Positions 51,001 through 59,284 of a DNA stretch of 64,000 nucleotides are shown here, piece after piece. Numbering within the stretch: position 1 is the stretch's first letter; every line of letters starts with the position of its first letter. A program made the translations under genes and the position numbers. The stretch comes from a virus. Under the pieces are notes generated by a model. It saw nothing but the letters and a program-made list of their open reading frames with translations. It made no database searches and was not told the origin of the DNA. Location of the stretch: IMG/VR virus record IMGVR_UViG_3300017788_001394, positions 39,293 through 103,292 of that record; one strand, 5' to 3'.

Positions 51001-53089
51001 TTAGTTCTGGTTTATCACGTTCATTTAATGTGTTTTCACTATATACTTTTAAATTACCGCTATTGCTAAGTTTAAATCTAAACTTGTCATCTAAATCGAT
51101 ATCAGTGGTGCCGATATCAAAAATATGATCGCTGCTGATACTTTCAACAACATAACGAATATGCTTTTCGATTGGCTGATCATTGCGTAATTGCGCCCAA
51201 CCGTTATTGTAAAAACCGGTGATTAAATTCTTGTAATAATAATAACCTTTAATTTCTTCTACATTAACAACGTCTGAATCAGCTTGATATCCAATATTTT
51301 CGTTTATGCTATTATAATTATAGCGTTTTGCTCCTAGGCCAATATCAAATTCGTAACCTGGATTATTACCGTAGTCGACGTATTTAGGCGCAAACCCCAA
51401 GGCGTGGTCTACTACGCTGGAAGTTCTCGCATAATCAAATATAGTATCGCCTTCAAACGTTGTATTAGGATATGTTGTTGTATTTGATAATAAAACTTGT
51501 TCGTAATCGTAAAGATTAAATTTCGGAGCAACACTTCTAGAATCTTTTTGTTGTCCATAGATCCAGTTTGTTCCATCCCAATACCATTCACTACCAGAAT
51601 AAATTAAACTATCAATAGAATCACCAAACACATTGTTATAACCTATTTTTACAATAACTTTATCATAAAGAGTGTAATTGGTAGTATTATACACCTCAGT
51701 TAATGCAATGCTGCTACCTACACCGCTAACACTAAAAATCTTTTTATTGTAAGTAGATGTTGCATTTTTAGCAAATAGTATTGTATCGCCGTTTGCTAGT
51801 GACTTAGATGACACTTCTCTCCAATAGCTTCTATTTTCAAAAAATGTTGGATTTTTTGCTTCTGTATGAGTTTGTATACAGTCCCAGTAAGTGATGTTAC
51901 CACTGATTGTAACTTTTACTTGATCGCCTTTATTATAACCAACAACTGGATCCCACTCGTCTGTGATACTGTAGGATGCAAGGCTCCATGTCGACTGGCC
52001 AACAATTGCTGTTAATGGATTTGAAATAGAATCAAACATGTGTGTAACTGCAGTTAAGTGCTGCTTACCGTAATTGTATTTTTCCATACTTGCACGATAT
52101 TCAATAATAGGACGTATCGCTCTAAAAGGTTCGACAATATAATCGAATGGATCATCTCCGTTAAAATCACAAACTGCGATAGCAACATCGTTTCTGACCC
52201 AGGCGTTACTTCTTGCCCATGCACTTTGATCTATACTGTCTCTGCGCTCAACTACATAATCTCTAACAATAATTCTGTCATCTTGAATGTCTACAGGCGT
52301 CTCACTATCTTCGTTACGGGTCAACGAATAAATTGTGTTAGTAAAAAATGTTGTTTCTGCAGCACTGTCGTCGTACTGTCTGATAAGTTTAATGCCAGTA
52401 GGTTGTCCCACGCCTTCTACAATATAAATGTCATCGACTGGATATGTCGCATTGCCTGTGCAGTTTGTTTTAAATGCCACCCGCATCCCATTACGGAATT
52501 CTAATGTTTTACTATTTGACAATGTAGGAGTAGTGTAAGAAATTTGACCAACAATGGTTGCTATGGTGATAGGATTTCCTACTGTTGCGTTTATTTCGCA
52601 CACAGGTAAAAAGTCTAATAGCCAGAAATATCTATGATAGTTAATAAACATATCATAGTTAATAGGTAAGTCCAATGTATATGCCGGCTCATTGAGCAAT
52701 CTGTTAGGTTGCTCGACTGTTGCACCACCAAATTTTAAACCGTTAATAATATCGTCATATGATATCACATCTGTTACATTTCCGTTATCGTCTTTGTTAA
52801 CAACTCCTGGAACAAACTGATATTGATCACTGGTTCTATTATCGTCTAAGTATAAATCATCTATACTTAATCTGCTATCTTCGTGTCCTAAGTAATGATT
52901 GATAGCTTGCAAACTACCACTCGACATCAATTGATCTAGTGTAGATTCTAAGAACTTTTTATTAACCGGAGTATTAAAAATATTAGGCAATAAGTTCATT
53001 ACACTTCTTGCACCTACATATTCGCTACTTTCACCTGGTCTTGAAATAAGAGGTGCTACTGTAGGATTTGCTTTGTAATTTTGACTCAT
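42011..53089 (-). CDS. Giant (3692 aa) baseplate/virion structural protein
   Basis: Follows gp6; N-terminal LLPNIF..N.KFL, GxGY..P repeat, CBM-like motifs, Thr-rich domain, KPYHTK. Confidence 0.75.
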   Translation of the reverse strand: MSQNYKANPTVAPLISRPGESSEYVGARSVMNLLPNIFNTPVNKKFLESTLDQLMSSGSLQAINHYLGHEDSRLSIDDLYLDDNRTSDQYQFVPGVVNKDDNGNVTDVISYDDIINGLKFGGATVEQPNRLLNEPAYTLDLPINYDMFINYHRYFWLLDFLPVCEINATVGNPITIATIVGQISYTTPTLSNSKTLEFRNGMRVAFKTNCTGNATYPVDDIYIVEGVGQPTGIKLIRQYDDSAAETTFFTNTIYSLTRNEDSETPVDIQDDRIIVRDYVVERRDSIDQSAWARSNAWVRNDVAIAVCDFNGDDPFDYIVEPFRAIRPIIEYRASMEKYNYGKQHLTAVTHMFDSISNPLTAIVGQSTWSLASYSITDEWDPVVGYNKGDQVKVTISGNITYWDCIQTHTEAKNPTFFENRSYWREVSSKSLANGDTILFAKNATSTYNKKIFSVSGVGSSIALTEVYNTTNYTLYDKVIVKIGYNNVFGDSIDSLIYSGSEWYWDGTNWIYGQQKDSRSVAPKFNLYDYEQVLLSNTTTYPNTTFEGDTIFDYARTSSVVDHALGFAPKYVDYGNNPGYEFDIGLGAKRYNYNSINENIGYQADSDVVNVEEIKGYYYYKNLITGFYNNGWAQLRNDQPIEKHIRYVVESISSDHIFDIGTTDIDLDDKFRFKLSNSGNLKVYSENTLNERDKPELINGINPAIFMSKGKTYTIQTMFDITDFELVNVDGSAISTGLTITSTTTNTQTVEISSSIAIDYIKYRLVSDNSIFGIIYLDDNTSSKNLIVKINGVETNDYTLSGTRVTVENIYPLDTVIEVSWSSYDILTSDQGIFHTADTHVYNPQNEWLTNATFGDLQAHIKSQMSNIPGFSGDYFGDNNYTSLPQIHEFGGTIRQQPFSTELLAVTLADANTNPFASLRFISASYAKFRQQIIRKVAQLHTTTDIDIPVYELVDQALSELNLGKTKDSPFAYSDMLLYKDYETAEYTWIAGESTIFDLPNIVNYYADTRNHIHIWVKDSYDGIAPINWRPLLNISDYELLNASQVQINSPLLPDANGKVYIDIRWYPLDSVSFMPPSAVKLGLTRPVIPRVVSGLYANTDNTESTPAIICHDGSVHYATALPGVIDLFIRSSAAFNIEDAVIWELETRIFNTLVGNYHNVIDYLEAMPNANRKTPYTWDELNAATESEFNSWKVRNNISSLNDANFYDAGNEFTWNYSSVGPGIGGWKGIYHYYFNTDKPHAHPWEMLGHRDEPGWWSEFYTWLSTANGGNDAKRVALIEALKTGHYNDPSDADKRYDITYCYSAYDWDNETLVTPAGALNGPVTAGIVTAPTTAEKQKDFVYGDWGPIEQRWRRSPEYNINRSLGLMRLRPLWLLNSYFDSNRRKLDYHSSVATPQLLFEDTRLLGNNKQPKLSYEKYEDSIIELINVRNGGAGYTSNTSIEIYGNFGSGATAEAIVHDGSIIAVSITNPGNNYQSKPTIIAVDDAAVITEEATFEAILSSNVRKYYSGLSNAIIEFGFFNTTDIDSLKEKFETAAYNPVIKLGGFVNKANQRFVLDSSQDKGKVTIPEENYVVSLYKSQPIFDTFYGAIKVTLTAEGYMISGYDTSKMYLEYNPVSYNSKKTIVPLGNTNIIKYKEFTSDVVRLEYNTILVKEQDVYDIIRGYGYYLNTFGWVPSWDAAATTFLSWADNSPAVGDIINVIPATESIEISEGVTGYFDNLQNKYDGVYNLIDQNGRQVLPNKVIVERQVLEQSDAVTKITPRSSDLTLYGIRMYSVELEHVIVFDNYTGFDDMIYNPALGQLHTRIKWIGSRTNNWNGKLYAPGYIVDNNTIYNNFDRTVLDIDQIYDVGNNIVNKSVKNAARSNIGYNTPSWKQYTTLDDSTVFEFVKGIGKYKGTKYALNAFMRNTSIFGTQADVTLFEEWAIRTADYGDTRSRDTVEFNVSKDLVLTSPQVIRFRDTYESDALSDVYIDITPNSELLVTGTVGNNFQTRLPKVFSYDTLSKEGPYKNDFITSGTPLTTETDYRVLDYAAFAMFPEQESNYYDFSGSWQDIKQWDNKTSYKYGDRVIYQGRVWEMVDTNSSTGLATPNDPIIVTGTISLPIVANGRTLILDGNALTFNNSTTSTTSTTITVTGTNNIGTTNVVTHGSTLVLGATSATAETIVFSNTISSTTYNNIVVTGTVINPSFVGSSTKKLTIDGVDVFFNETTSTTTNITAQAAFENAFNGWVINNNAGAKTSAANARISAIENLRSAYTGIWSTFLSSYFSSSVAGINISLLLSEIAATPSYQAQVEALLDSDITLINNYANETYNTANVIAGSETVLAGDITTAQTLMAAGTYTEDVKDWLVANTSTTFTTSTVVFTSSGTTFITYTITDIVNRITSASIPNVTASNSAGSLRLTKTTATPATQFSLVIANATVNSDVGIDAGTYISSSSTTTTNPNLSIAQVISQINAAGISGITAAALAPTGILLNISSINSSLYIGNGTANSVIGLTTGVTAATSSVITVNVSSYINDIVTQINLANVSGVKATNSNNRVKLTSTNPTLIIGAGTANGDIGFTAQTYTATQTTVSNIFEAIVDGDVIFRKMDYDPNVFSIWIAKWKADELTSSQIDSDVGFAAYQTMDMGWYITRACAGIDAADDAQLTIATPSGAAAAHSLQVGDFVLIRGSNTEPNIDGIHRVTGIDIDNANKFFIDVYINKEGNVGNVYPIRNVRFSSYQELSANYNSTNAANMYYYNFAGYRQNTTTRPIYAFVDRISDVNPVSGVYKFYGSFSTVTGHNGSWQLVREGNEQARNDLIENVKVYDAVNKTLITTIETFDPAKGILPGFIDNEIDFATTADFAVYNYDSVNGNNESRKTWGADQLGLRWWDLNTAIYLDYEQGPIDYQQNNWGRLFDGASVDIYEWTESTVFPDQWEQLVKANATVNGRRVTGDVYKVKNNDEYVYYWAEQSVVDPVQGRTKTVYYFWVKNKLDTVGNRVYNTKQLSNYLANPNSFEQLWAAASQSSNLLINNLDKVVSDNTVVQINQIIESDALPLSEWVLLHDSDPVELIPEQLHIKIRDSIVGRNNAVKRYSYTTYSSATTYSIDDVVVDGSGRYYISLKNSNLNHTPSADTTMTYWRRIYEYELPADTPANDIDVWMGQPLPDLNLHPYNRYGHLTRPNQSLVRDLKTARQNFVHAANDLLSRICVINEIPDWDTIFKEIITDGVIDYDMDKYWIYSDWYRKEYNNDGSLLSVFDKSILPDLYVDIKQELIPELGEDPLSTEEGTLVYVRNVLHSDGVNRPEIYKLVNDEWVIQWKSKGTIQLSEELWNLEKFGYGFDVGPFDMSGFDAEPSPVIKAIFDLLRNKVFVGQYKSYYNKLWFKCLYHSVTDNTTDDFAFKTTYAKIRVEHPVLTDAINYQPSGTEIVEEFFNSIKPYHTKLHSIDRAVTHMDENDVEVTELDRDAEITLKYNDHSFKDSEDFDEILTGGTFTSVVTNTDSSTFTTLDASLQYIYDGNGFNTVVRDNWGEELYPTDYSENIRIRVQTNSSGSTVTSDTRTFDMTYYSPYQIEESTVIVDTAKTTLSSSINATATSIAVANAATLAAPVDSQVGVVWIDNERIEYRAIEGNTLRYCTRGTLGTGATTHASGATVTDASWVYKIPTLEHFVDYGDDLGFAYNDTGISLSATGTTPMHIFIRNAGSGTL

Positions 53090-56000
53090 CTTGTGCTAAC
53101 TCCGGTATTTGCTGCGATTGATGTTGCATTTGTTATCAATGTATTAGTGATAACAAAATTTCCTATACTTAATACTGGTACGAATAGTTCGTCGCTGTCC
53201 GCATGTATTTCATATAAACTATTTAAATCTTCTGGATTTGACACAGAAGAAATTGTAATTTGTGATATTTGACCGATCATATTATTGTGAACATATGCTG
53301 CAAGTTCGGTAAAATAGAATGTTTCGCCAAAGTCCCAGTTTTCTATACTGAAAAATTCATTTATTAAGGTTATTATTTGTTGCTTTATTTCTACATCACT
53401 CTTTGTTGCATTACTAGTTTTAGTAACGTTAAATTTAGCTTGAAGTTCGGGATTAGCTAAATCGCCAAACAAAATTTTATATTTTACAGGTCTGTAAATT
53501 ATCTGGTCACTGATAGATTTCTTTGTTTCTAGACTCGTAAATGTTTCGGTTAGTTCAGATATTGTTGGAGGATTAGGTTTTGTGTAACTTCTTCCGTCAC
53601 GCAATGCCCATGTTCTGAAACTTGTATCATAACTTCTTAATAAGACATAAGTGTCGACAATGTTGGTTACTGCAGGATCGATCACTTGATTTATATCAGC
53701 AATTCTTGTATACTTCATATGTAGGTATGCACGACCGTTAACAGTAGTACCGCCGTCATCGTCATGAACCGTAAACTCGTATTCGTTCGGATAATATTCT
53801 AGTTTTGTTCCTAAGTTAATAGTTTCAGTGCTAGTTAATTTCTTAAATGCTTCCGGATCATTTATAAATGTATCGTTGTCGTTATCATCTAACGTAACTC
53901 TGAGTTTATAAGGATCAGTATAGCCTTCAGGATATGTAAAATATCCAAAACTGTTAAATGTATATTTTTTACCTAGCGGAGTCATATTAGTAGTTGACTT
54001 TGTGTTGATAGGTAAAAACTCAAATTTGTCTCTACCTGGCTTTAATGTTTCGCTACTGAAAGATTCAGCAAAATTTAAATTGTTAAATTTTAAAGTAGCA
54101 TCGCTGCCTACAATATAACGAGTTTTACGTGTTAACACTTCCCACTGAGCGTTTGCATAGTTGATTCGTATTAACCAACTATTATCTCTACTGGTATTAG
54201 AAGTATCACCTTCATACTGTCTGCTCCAGCTAGATACACTATTATTGGCTATAGTACTAGCAGGCAAATTGCTGCTGTCGATCACTGCCCATTCTTGAAT
54301 ACTTGGATTATATCTTAATCCAAAACTAAGTCTGTTTGCAATTTTAGAGATTACTGCAGTTTTTACTGTATTAGTAAACTGACTTTCCCAACTTGGAATA
54401 ATTCTTTTTATTCTAGCACCTGATGGTATCGATGATGAAAGAGTCACGGCTCCTTGACCGATCACGTTTACACCGGTTGGATTACCGACACTGTCATCTA
54501 CACCAAACCCGCCATTGTCTAATTTTATAATTCTAGCCCATACTGTATCTGCATTCGATACTGTAACTTTTGCAGTTGCACCAGACCCGCCGCCGCCTGT
54601 GAAGGATATATTTGTAGCCGAATCGTAATTAGTGCCAGGATTTGTAATAGTGACTGAAACAACTACACCTGCACTTGTGTTTGCAGTTGCAGTTGCACTA
54701 GCACCAACTCCAGTTATAACAACAGTAGGAGCGGTAAAATAACCTGAACCGCCATTAACAACTTCTATAGTTTTAATATATCCTGTTCTGAACGGTGATG
54801 TGATAAATTCTACTAATCCGTTAACTTCTAACTTTCTTAGCGGAGCAGATGCGTTGTCGCCTAATCTTTGAACAAAGCTATTGTAAGTTATATAACCTGT
54901 ACAGCTATTGTTACTTCTTGTTACTTGGTTCCAACGGTATACTCCGGTAATATTACTATCACTTGCTGTTAAGAATGTTAAACTTTCAGTTGTGTTATTG
55001 TAGTAATTATTAGAGTTATAGCCGCCAGTTTCATATCCATAATACTGTCTGTCGTAGTAGAAGTTTTTAACTTCTGGATTACTTAAAATGGGATTGATAT
55101 ACTGACTTAGTATTTGTTCAGAATTTAATACTGAAGGCAGTAATATTAAACTTCTAGTTGTAACATCTTCTTTATAAATGTATGCATCATCGGTATATTG
55201 TATCGCATCACTGTATGTTGCAGTAGGATCGTACAAATCTCTAAAACGACTGTGACCGCTATGCACTCGGTTAATACTTTTAATTTTTAAAATATTTTCA
55301 CTTACTGTTAGAGGAAATACAGTGTAGTCGTCGGCAGTGACCATACGATCTTGTGTTGCAAAGAAACGTCCGCTGTTTACTTTGATACTATCAATGGTTT
55401 CTCTTTCGCTTGCATTACTCACGGGAGATTTTAAACTACAGTTAAATGTTGCAACATAAGCTCTACTATCTTGACCAGTGTAATTGATACTTAATGTAAC
55501 GTTATTAAAGGTATCTGGATTTATGTTGTATGTTCTGTTAATACCAGTTCTATACCACACACGAATTATACCACGTGGGGTGTTGCCAAAATTGCCGTCC
55601 GCAAACACAATACTAACCTGGTCGTTTTCTCTGGAACTTACAGTGTATACGTTTCTAGAACCAGAATTGTTTACTATATTACTGTTTCCAAATAGTCTGT
55701 CAATTTGAGTCCATGTTGCCAATACTTGTCCAACTTCGTCGATTGTTTGAACCCAGATGTTACCGTTAGCAACGTTGTTTTCATTAATATCAATTACCAT
55801 ATTTGGTAGACCGTTTGCTATTGAAAAATCTTTATATTGTAACGACCCTTCTTTGAATCCGAAAAAGAATCCAGTATTAGGACTTGCAAGTCCACCATTA
55901 TCATTTTGATAAAGCAGATCATAAACACCGTATGGGTCTGGTATTTTTTCTTCTAGTTTGTTTCTAGCTTGATCATAACTGATACTGTGTGCAGTAAAGG

Positions 56001-56628
56001 AAGTTCTACCAGAATCAATGATTCCACTAAATTCTTTAATTACATCGTTGTTAGAACTGTTAGTTCTGTATATTTCATACTGAACATTATTCTTTGTAAA
56101 TTTAGCAAACGGAGATCCAAATCTATTACTACTTTGAAAAATACTATTCATAATAGTTAAAAAGTTTTGGTATGTGTCAGGATCAGTGGTGTCTTCATAC
56201 TGAACTGTAACGTTTGCTAAACTATTGCCATTAACATCATACACCGTCTGGTTAGTTCTAACACTATCTATCTTTAAGTATCCGCTTGCAACAACGTTTC
56301 TGGTAGGCTTGTACCCCAAGAACTCAGCAATACGCAATACGCTTTCTCTGCGCTCTGCAGTGCTTAAAAAGTTTTCACGGCTTGCTAAGTCTGCACGAAA
56401 TGCTAGGTTATGGCCGAGGAATGCCATAAGCTCTATCAAACTTACAAATTCGCTGCTACTGATCCAGTCGTTAAAGTTTTCAGGATAGTTGTTGTTAATA
56501 TAGTCAACCATACTGTTTCTGATTGTATCAAAATCGTATGATTGAAAGTTTGCTTGTGCAAAACTTTCGTAAACTACGCTGAAGTCTTCTGCAGCAAATA
56601 AACTACTTTGTCTGATATTCTGTGCCAT
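53086..56628 (-). CDS. gp6: Baseplate wedge subunit, T4 gp6-like
   Basis: YDFDTIR...ENFLSTAERRESVLRIAEFLGYKP...FADGNFG...QDRMVTADDY. Confidence 0.85.
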   Translation of the reverse strand: MAQNIRQSSLFAAEDFSVVYESFAQANFQSYDFDTIRNSMVDYINNNYPENFNDWISSSEFVSLIELMAFLGHNLAFRADLASRENFLSTAERRESVLRIAEFLGYKPTRNVVASGYLKIDSVRTNQTVYDVNGNSLANVTVQYEDTTDPDTYQNFLTIMNSIFQSSNRFGSPFAKFTKNNVQYEIYRTNSSNNDVIKEFSGIIDSGRTSFTAHSISYDQARNKLEEKIPDPYGVYDLLYQNDNGGLASPNTGFFFGFKEGSLQYKDFSIANGLPNMVIDINENNVANGNIWVQTIDEVGQVLATWTQIDRLFGNSNIVNNSGSRNVYTVSSRENDQVSIVFADGNFGNTPRGIIRVWYRTGINRTYNINPDTFNNVTLSINYTGQDSRAYVATFNCSLKSPVSNASERETIDSIKVNSGRFFATQDRMVTADDYTVFPLTVSENILKIKSINRVHSGHSRFRDLYDPTATYSDAIQYTDDAYIYKEDVTTRSLILLPSVLNSEQILSQYINPILSNPEVKNFYYDRQYYGYETGGYNSNNYYNNTTESLTFLTASDSNITGVYRWNQVTRSNNSCTGYITYNSFVQRLGDNASAPLRKLEVNGLVEFITSPFRTGYIKTIEVVNGGSGYFTAPTVVITGVGASATATANTSAGVVVSVTITNPGTNYDSATNISFTGGGGSGATAKVTVSNADTVWARIIKLDNGGFGVDDSVGNPTGVNVIGQGAVTLSSSIPSGARIKRIIPSWESQFTNTVKTAVISKIANRLSFGLRYNPSIQEWAVIDSSNLPASTIANNSVSSWSRQYEGDTSNTSRDNSWLIRINYANAQWEVLTRKTRYIVGSDATLKFNNLNFAESFSSETLKPGRDKFEFLPINTKSTTNMTPLGKKYTFNSFGYFTYPEGYTDPYKLRVTLDDNDNDTFINDPEAFKKLTSTETINLGTKLEYYPNEYEFTVHDDDGGTTVNGRAYLHMKYTRIADINQVIDPAVTNIVDTYVLLRSYDTSFRTWALRDGRSYTKPNPPTISELTETFTSLETKKSISDQIIYRPVKYKILFGDLANPELQAKFNVTKTSNATKSDVEIKQQIITLINEFFSIENWDFGETFYFTELAAYVHNNMIGQISQITISSVSNPEDLNSLYEIHADSDELFVPVLSIGNFVITNTLITNATSIAANTGVSTR

Positions 56629-56993
56629 TATTCTATCTCACCTATAAATGTTAAGTACAATTCCTCTGCAGTGCCGGTGTCGTTATAAAACATTTGCACC
56701 CTTATACTTAAACTATGATCGTCTGGCTTTTCTGCTTTCATATCCTGAAATACCCATCTTGGGTCGCTTCGGACAATTCTCTCAACATCTTCTTTTGCTA
56801 ACGATTCTGTTAAACCGTCTAGTGGATCAAACAATAAGTCCCAAATGATAGATCCAAATTCTGGATTTATCACTCGCTCACCTTTTTTTGTGTAAAAATG
56901 ATTCATTAAATCACGAATAGCAAGTTCTTTATCTACAAGAATCTTGCTACTGTTTTGATTTTCGACTGTGCTATATCCGATATATGTTGCCAT
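56628..56993 (-). CDS. gp25: Baseplate wedge subunit, gp25-like
   Basis: TKKGERVINPEFGSIIWDLLFDP...DPRW. Confidence 0.9.
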   Translation of the reverse strand: MATYIGYSTVENQNSSKILVDKELAIRDLMNHFYTKKGERVINPEFGSIIWDLLFDPLDGLTESLAKEDVERIVRSDPRWVFQDMKAEKPDDHSLSIRVQMFYNDTGTAEELYLTFIGEIE

Positions 56994-56998
56994 AATAA

Positions 56999-57006
56999 TA
57001 TTTATC
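56999..57006 (-). promoter_or_regulatory. Late-promoter-like motif GATAAATA
   Basis: Directly upstream of the gp25 start; the same motif occurs at 62850-62857 and 18415-18422. Confidence 0.55.
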
Positions 57007-57025
57007 GGATAATTATATGCTAATA

Positions 57026-57934
57026 TTATATCCTAATTTTTGAAGAAATAATATCGCCTGTAACTAATTCTACCGAATCTGTTTTAATAGTAAACACGTT
57101 TCCGCTTAAAGTGAAATCATATTCATACTGTAAAATATTATTATTAACCTTAACTTCTAGTTTTTCTACTGGAGTCATTGCAGGAGTTTTTGATAAAGAA
57201 TAATTTACAGTAGAACCGTCATATGTCCGGCGTTGTGTAATTAATGTTTCTTCATAACGTTTAGCAATATCACGCTTAATACTGTTAGGAGTTAACGGTA
57301 AAAATTCTAATGTTTCAGCATAATATGAAAATCTTGCTCGTGCTAATTGATCTCCTGACAGCAACCCAATTTGATTAGATGCTCTCATTTCAAAGATACC
57401 GTTTGCTCGTAACCATCCTCTGTTTTTTGGATTACCGTAATCTGCTAAACGAAGTATAGTTGCTGCACGAATAGAGTTTTGTCTATTTGCATGATCCCTT
57501 AAAATCATACCGGCAACTGTATCCCAATTTTTATTTGCAATATGATTTCTTAAATTATATTGACCTTCCATTGCATAAACTATTGTAAAATTTTCTGCTA
57601 ACAAATAATATAATAACAACCCGTCAAACGCTGATTGTGACATTTCATTTAACCCGAAGGATTTTAGCTGTCTGATTAAATTACGTTCTTTACGACGGAA
57701 ATCTTCTATCCAGATATTATATGCTTCTTCTTCTGTTATACCTCTAGTTGCGGTACCTACAGAATATCCTTTACCATCATAACCATTATATTTAAAATTA
57801 TTCAATGCAACTAGCACAAGTGTATCACTTGCGAACACATTATCTATATAAATTTCAGTTTCGTACAAATCCTCGTCGAGGACAGTATAGTCTTCCCAAT
57901 TTGTTTTATGATATATTTGTAATTCTGTTAGCAT
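57026..57934 (-). CDS. Degenerate lysozyme-like (GH24) domain plus C-terminal beta domain
   Basis: GITEEEAY.....D, MSQSAFDGLL; lies downstream of the gp5-like gene; catalytic Glu not evident. Confidence 0.5.
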   Translation of the reverse strand: MLTELQIYHKTNWEDYTVLDEDLYETEIYIDNVFASDTLVLVALNNFKYNGYDGKGYSVGTATRGITEEEAYNIWIEDFRRKERNLIRQLKSFGLNEMSQSAFDGLLLYYLLAENFTIVYAMEGQYNLRNHIANKNWDTVAGMILRDHANRQNSIRAATILRLADYGNPKNRGWLRANGIFEMRASNQIGLLSGDQLARARFSYYAETLEFLPLTPNSIKRDIAKRYEETLITQRRTYDGSTVNYSLSKTPAMTPVEKLEVKVNNNILQYEYDFTLSGNVFTIKTDSVELVTGDIISSKIRI

Positions 57935-59274
57935 TATTGAGGTCCTACTTTTGGTGCGGTACCAGCAGCGCCACCTGTTCCACCTACAGGGCCGCCGCCA
58001 CTTAACTGTGCTAAGTTGTAATCTTTTGATGTAGTGTCTGTTGTATTACTTCTTGCTTGGGATGGCAAATACATTTCGTTTGTTAAATGACCTCCCCATG
58101 GTTCGTGTTCAGGAACACGGCCTGCTGTGCTTTGTTTTACACCGGTGTTTGTTGTTAAATTATTTGGTCCTGGTTTACCTGCTGTTGCTGCTGCTGGACC
58201 GTTTAAGTCGATCATACTAGAAGTAACTCGTGTGTTCCCCGATGCTTTTATATGCATATTTGCATCTGTAGTTAACTTAATATCTTTAGTGCTGTAAACA
58301 TCAACACCTCCGGTTGCACTGTGTATTTTAACACCCGATCCTCTTGCATTTAAATTTACAGTGTCTGCATCGACATTAAAGTCTCCGTCAACATATAAAT
58401 TAAAATCTTGCGTTGCTCTCATACTAATACTGCCACCTGCATAGATATCTAAGTTTCCTGAGCTATCTAATTGTATCCATCCACTGCCATTTTGATTAAT
58501 AATATAAACAATACCAGCACTGTCATTTAGTAATATTTGCGCTCCGCTGCCGCTTCTTAATCTTACTAAGTTACTCTTTCCTGGTTCTCTGCTTTTATCT
58601 GGTGTATAGTTTGTTCCTTCAACGTATGCAGTTGTGCCGTCGTCAAATACTAGTCCATGACCACCGGGTGTTAAAAATCCAGCAACAGTGGATGGACTTT
58701 CACGTCTCATACCGCTACTACTTACACCACGGGCAGCATCAAGACCTATACCTTGGGCAGCATTAGCATTTGCAATAGGGTGACGTGTTCTTTTATTTCC
58801 GTCTTGGGTTTTGTCTGGCGCTGTATCTAATGTAGCACCGACTGTCCTAGACTCGCCATCTATTTCACTAGCAGGTATACCTGGTACGTTTGTGTTTCTA
58901 GTAGATTCTAGCATAACTCCCATCAAGAATCCTTCTTGTTCTTGACCGGTAAATGCAACTACAACTTCCGATCCCGGTGACGGCGGAGGGAATGCAGCAC
59001 CGTAGGTGTTACTGTAATTCCTTCCGCTAATTGATCCGCCAAATGGCATCGGTCTACGTATTTTTACAAAACCTCTGCGTTCTTCCGGTGTATCTTTATT
59101 GCTAAGTCTTTGATGATTTACTAATTCTACCCATATGTGTCCTTCATAATCAGGATCTGCATGTTCTACTACTTTTGCAAGATATACTCCGTTTAGACTG
59201 TTAACACCACCATTATCTGATGGGCCGCCTGTAGATGATAGTCGTGTGCTGTTTAATCCGGTAAATCTTGTCAT
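57934..59274 (-). CDS. gp5: Baseplate hub/central spike, gp5/VgrG-like
   Basis: OB-fold (AKVV...D....G.I.V, P..GSEVVVAF) and beta-helix repeats (GNLDIYAGGSISMRA), RVPEHEPW. Confidence 0.75.
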   Translation of the reverse strand: MTRFTGLNSTRLSSTGGPSDNGGVNSLNGVYLAKVVEHADPDYEGHIWVELVNHQRLSNKDTPEERRGFVKIRRPMPFGGSISGRNYSNTYGAAFPPPSPGSEVVVAFTGQEQEGFLMGVMLESTRNTNVPGIPASEIDGESRTVGATLDTAPDKTQDGNKRTRHPIANANAAQGIGLDAARGVSSSGMRRESPSTVAGFLTPGGHGLVFDDGTTAYVEGTNYTPDKSREPGKSNLVRLRSGSGAQILLNDSAGIVYIINQNGSGWIQLDSSGNLDIYAGGSISMRATQDFNLYVDGDFNVDADTVNLNARGSGVKIHSATGGVDVYSTKDIKLTTDANMHIKASGNTRVTSSMIDLNGPAAATAGKPGPNNLTTNTGVKQSTAGRVPEHEPWGGHLTNEMYLPSQARSNTTDTTSKDYNLAQLSGGGPVGGTGGAAGTAPKVGPQ

Positions 59275-59284
59275 TTATTGTTCC

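Noticed and set aside
44580-56488. Many Val/Leu-rich plus-strand ORFs of 60-160 aa
   Set aside because: Antisense to long structural genes; composition reflects Thr/Asn codons on the coding strand.
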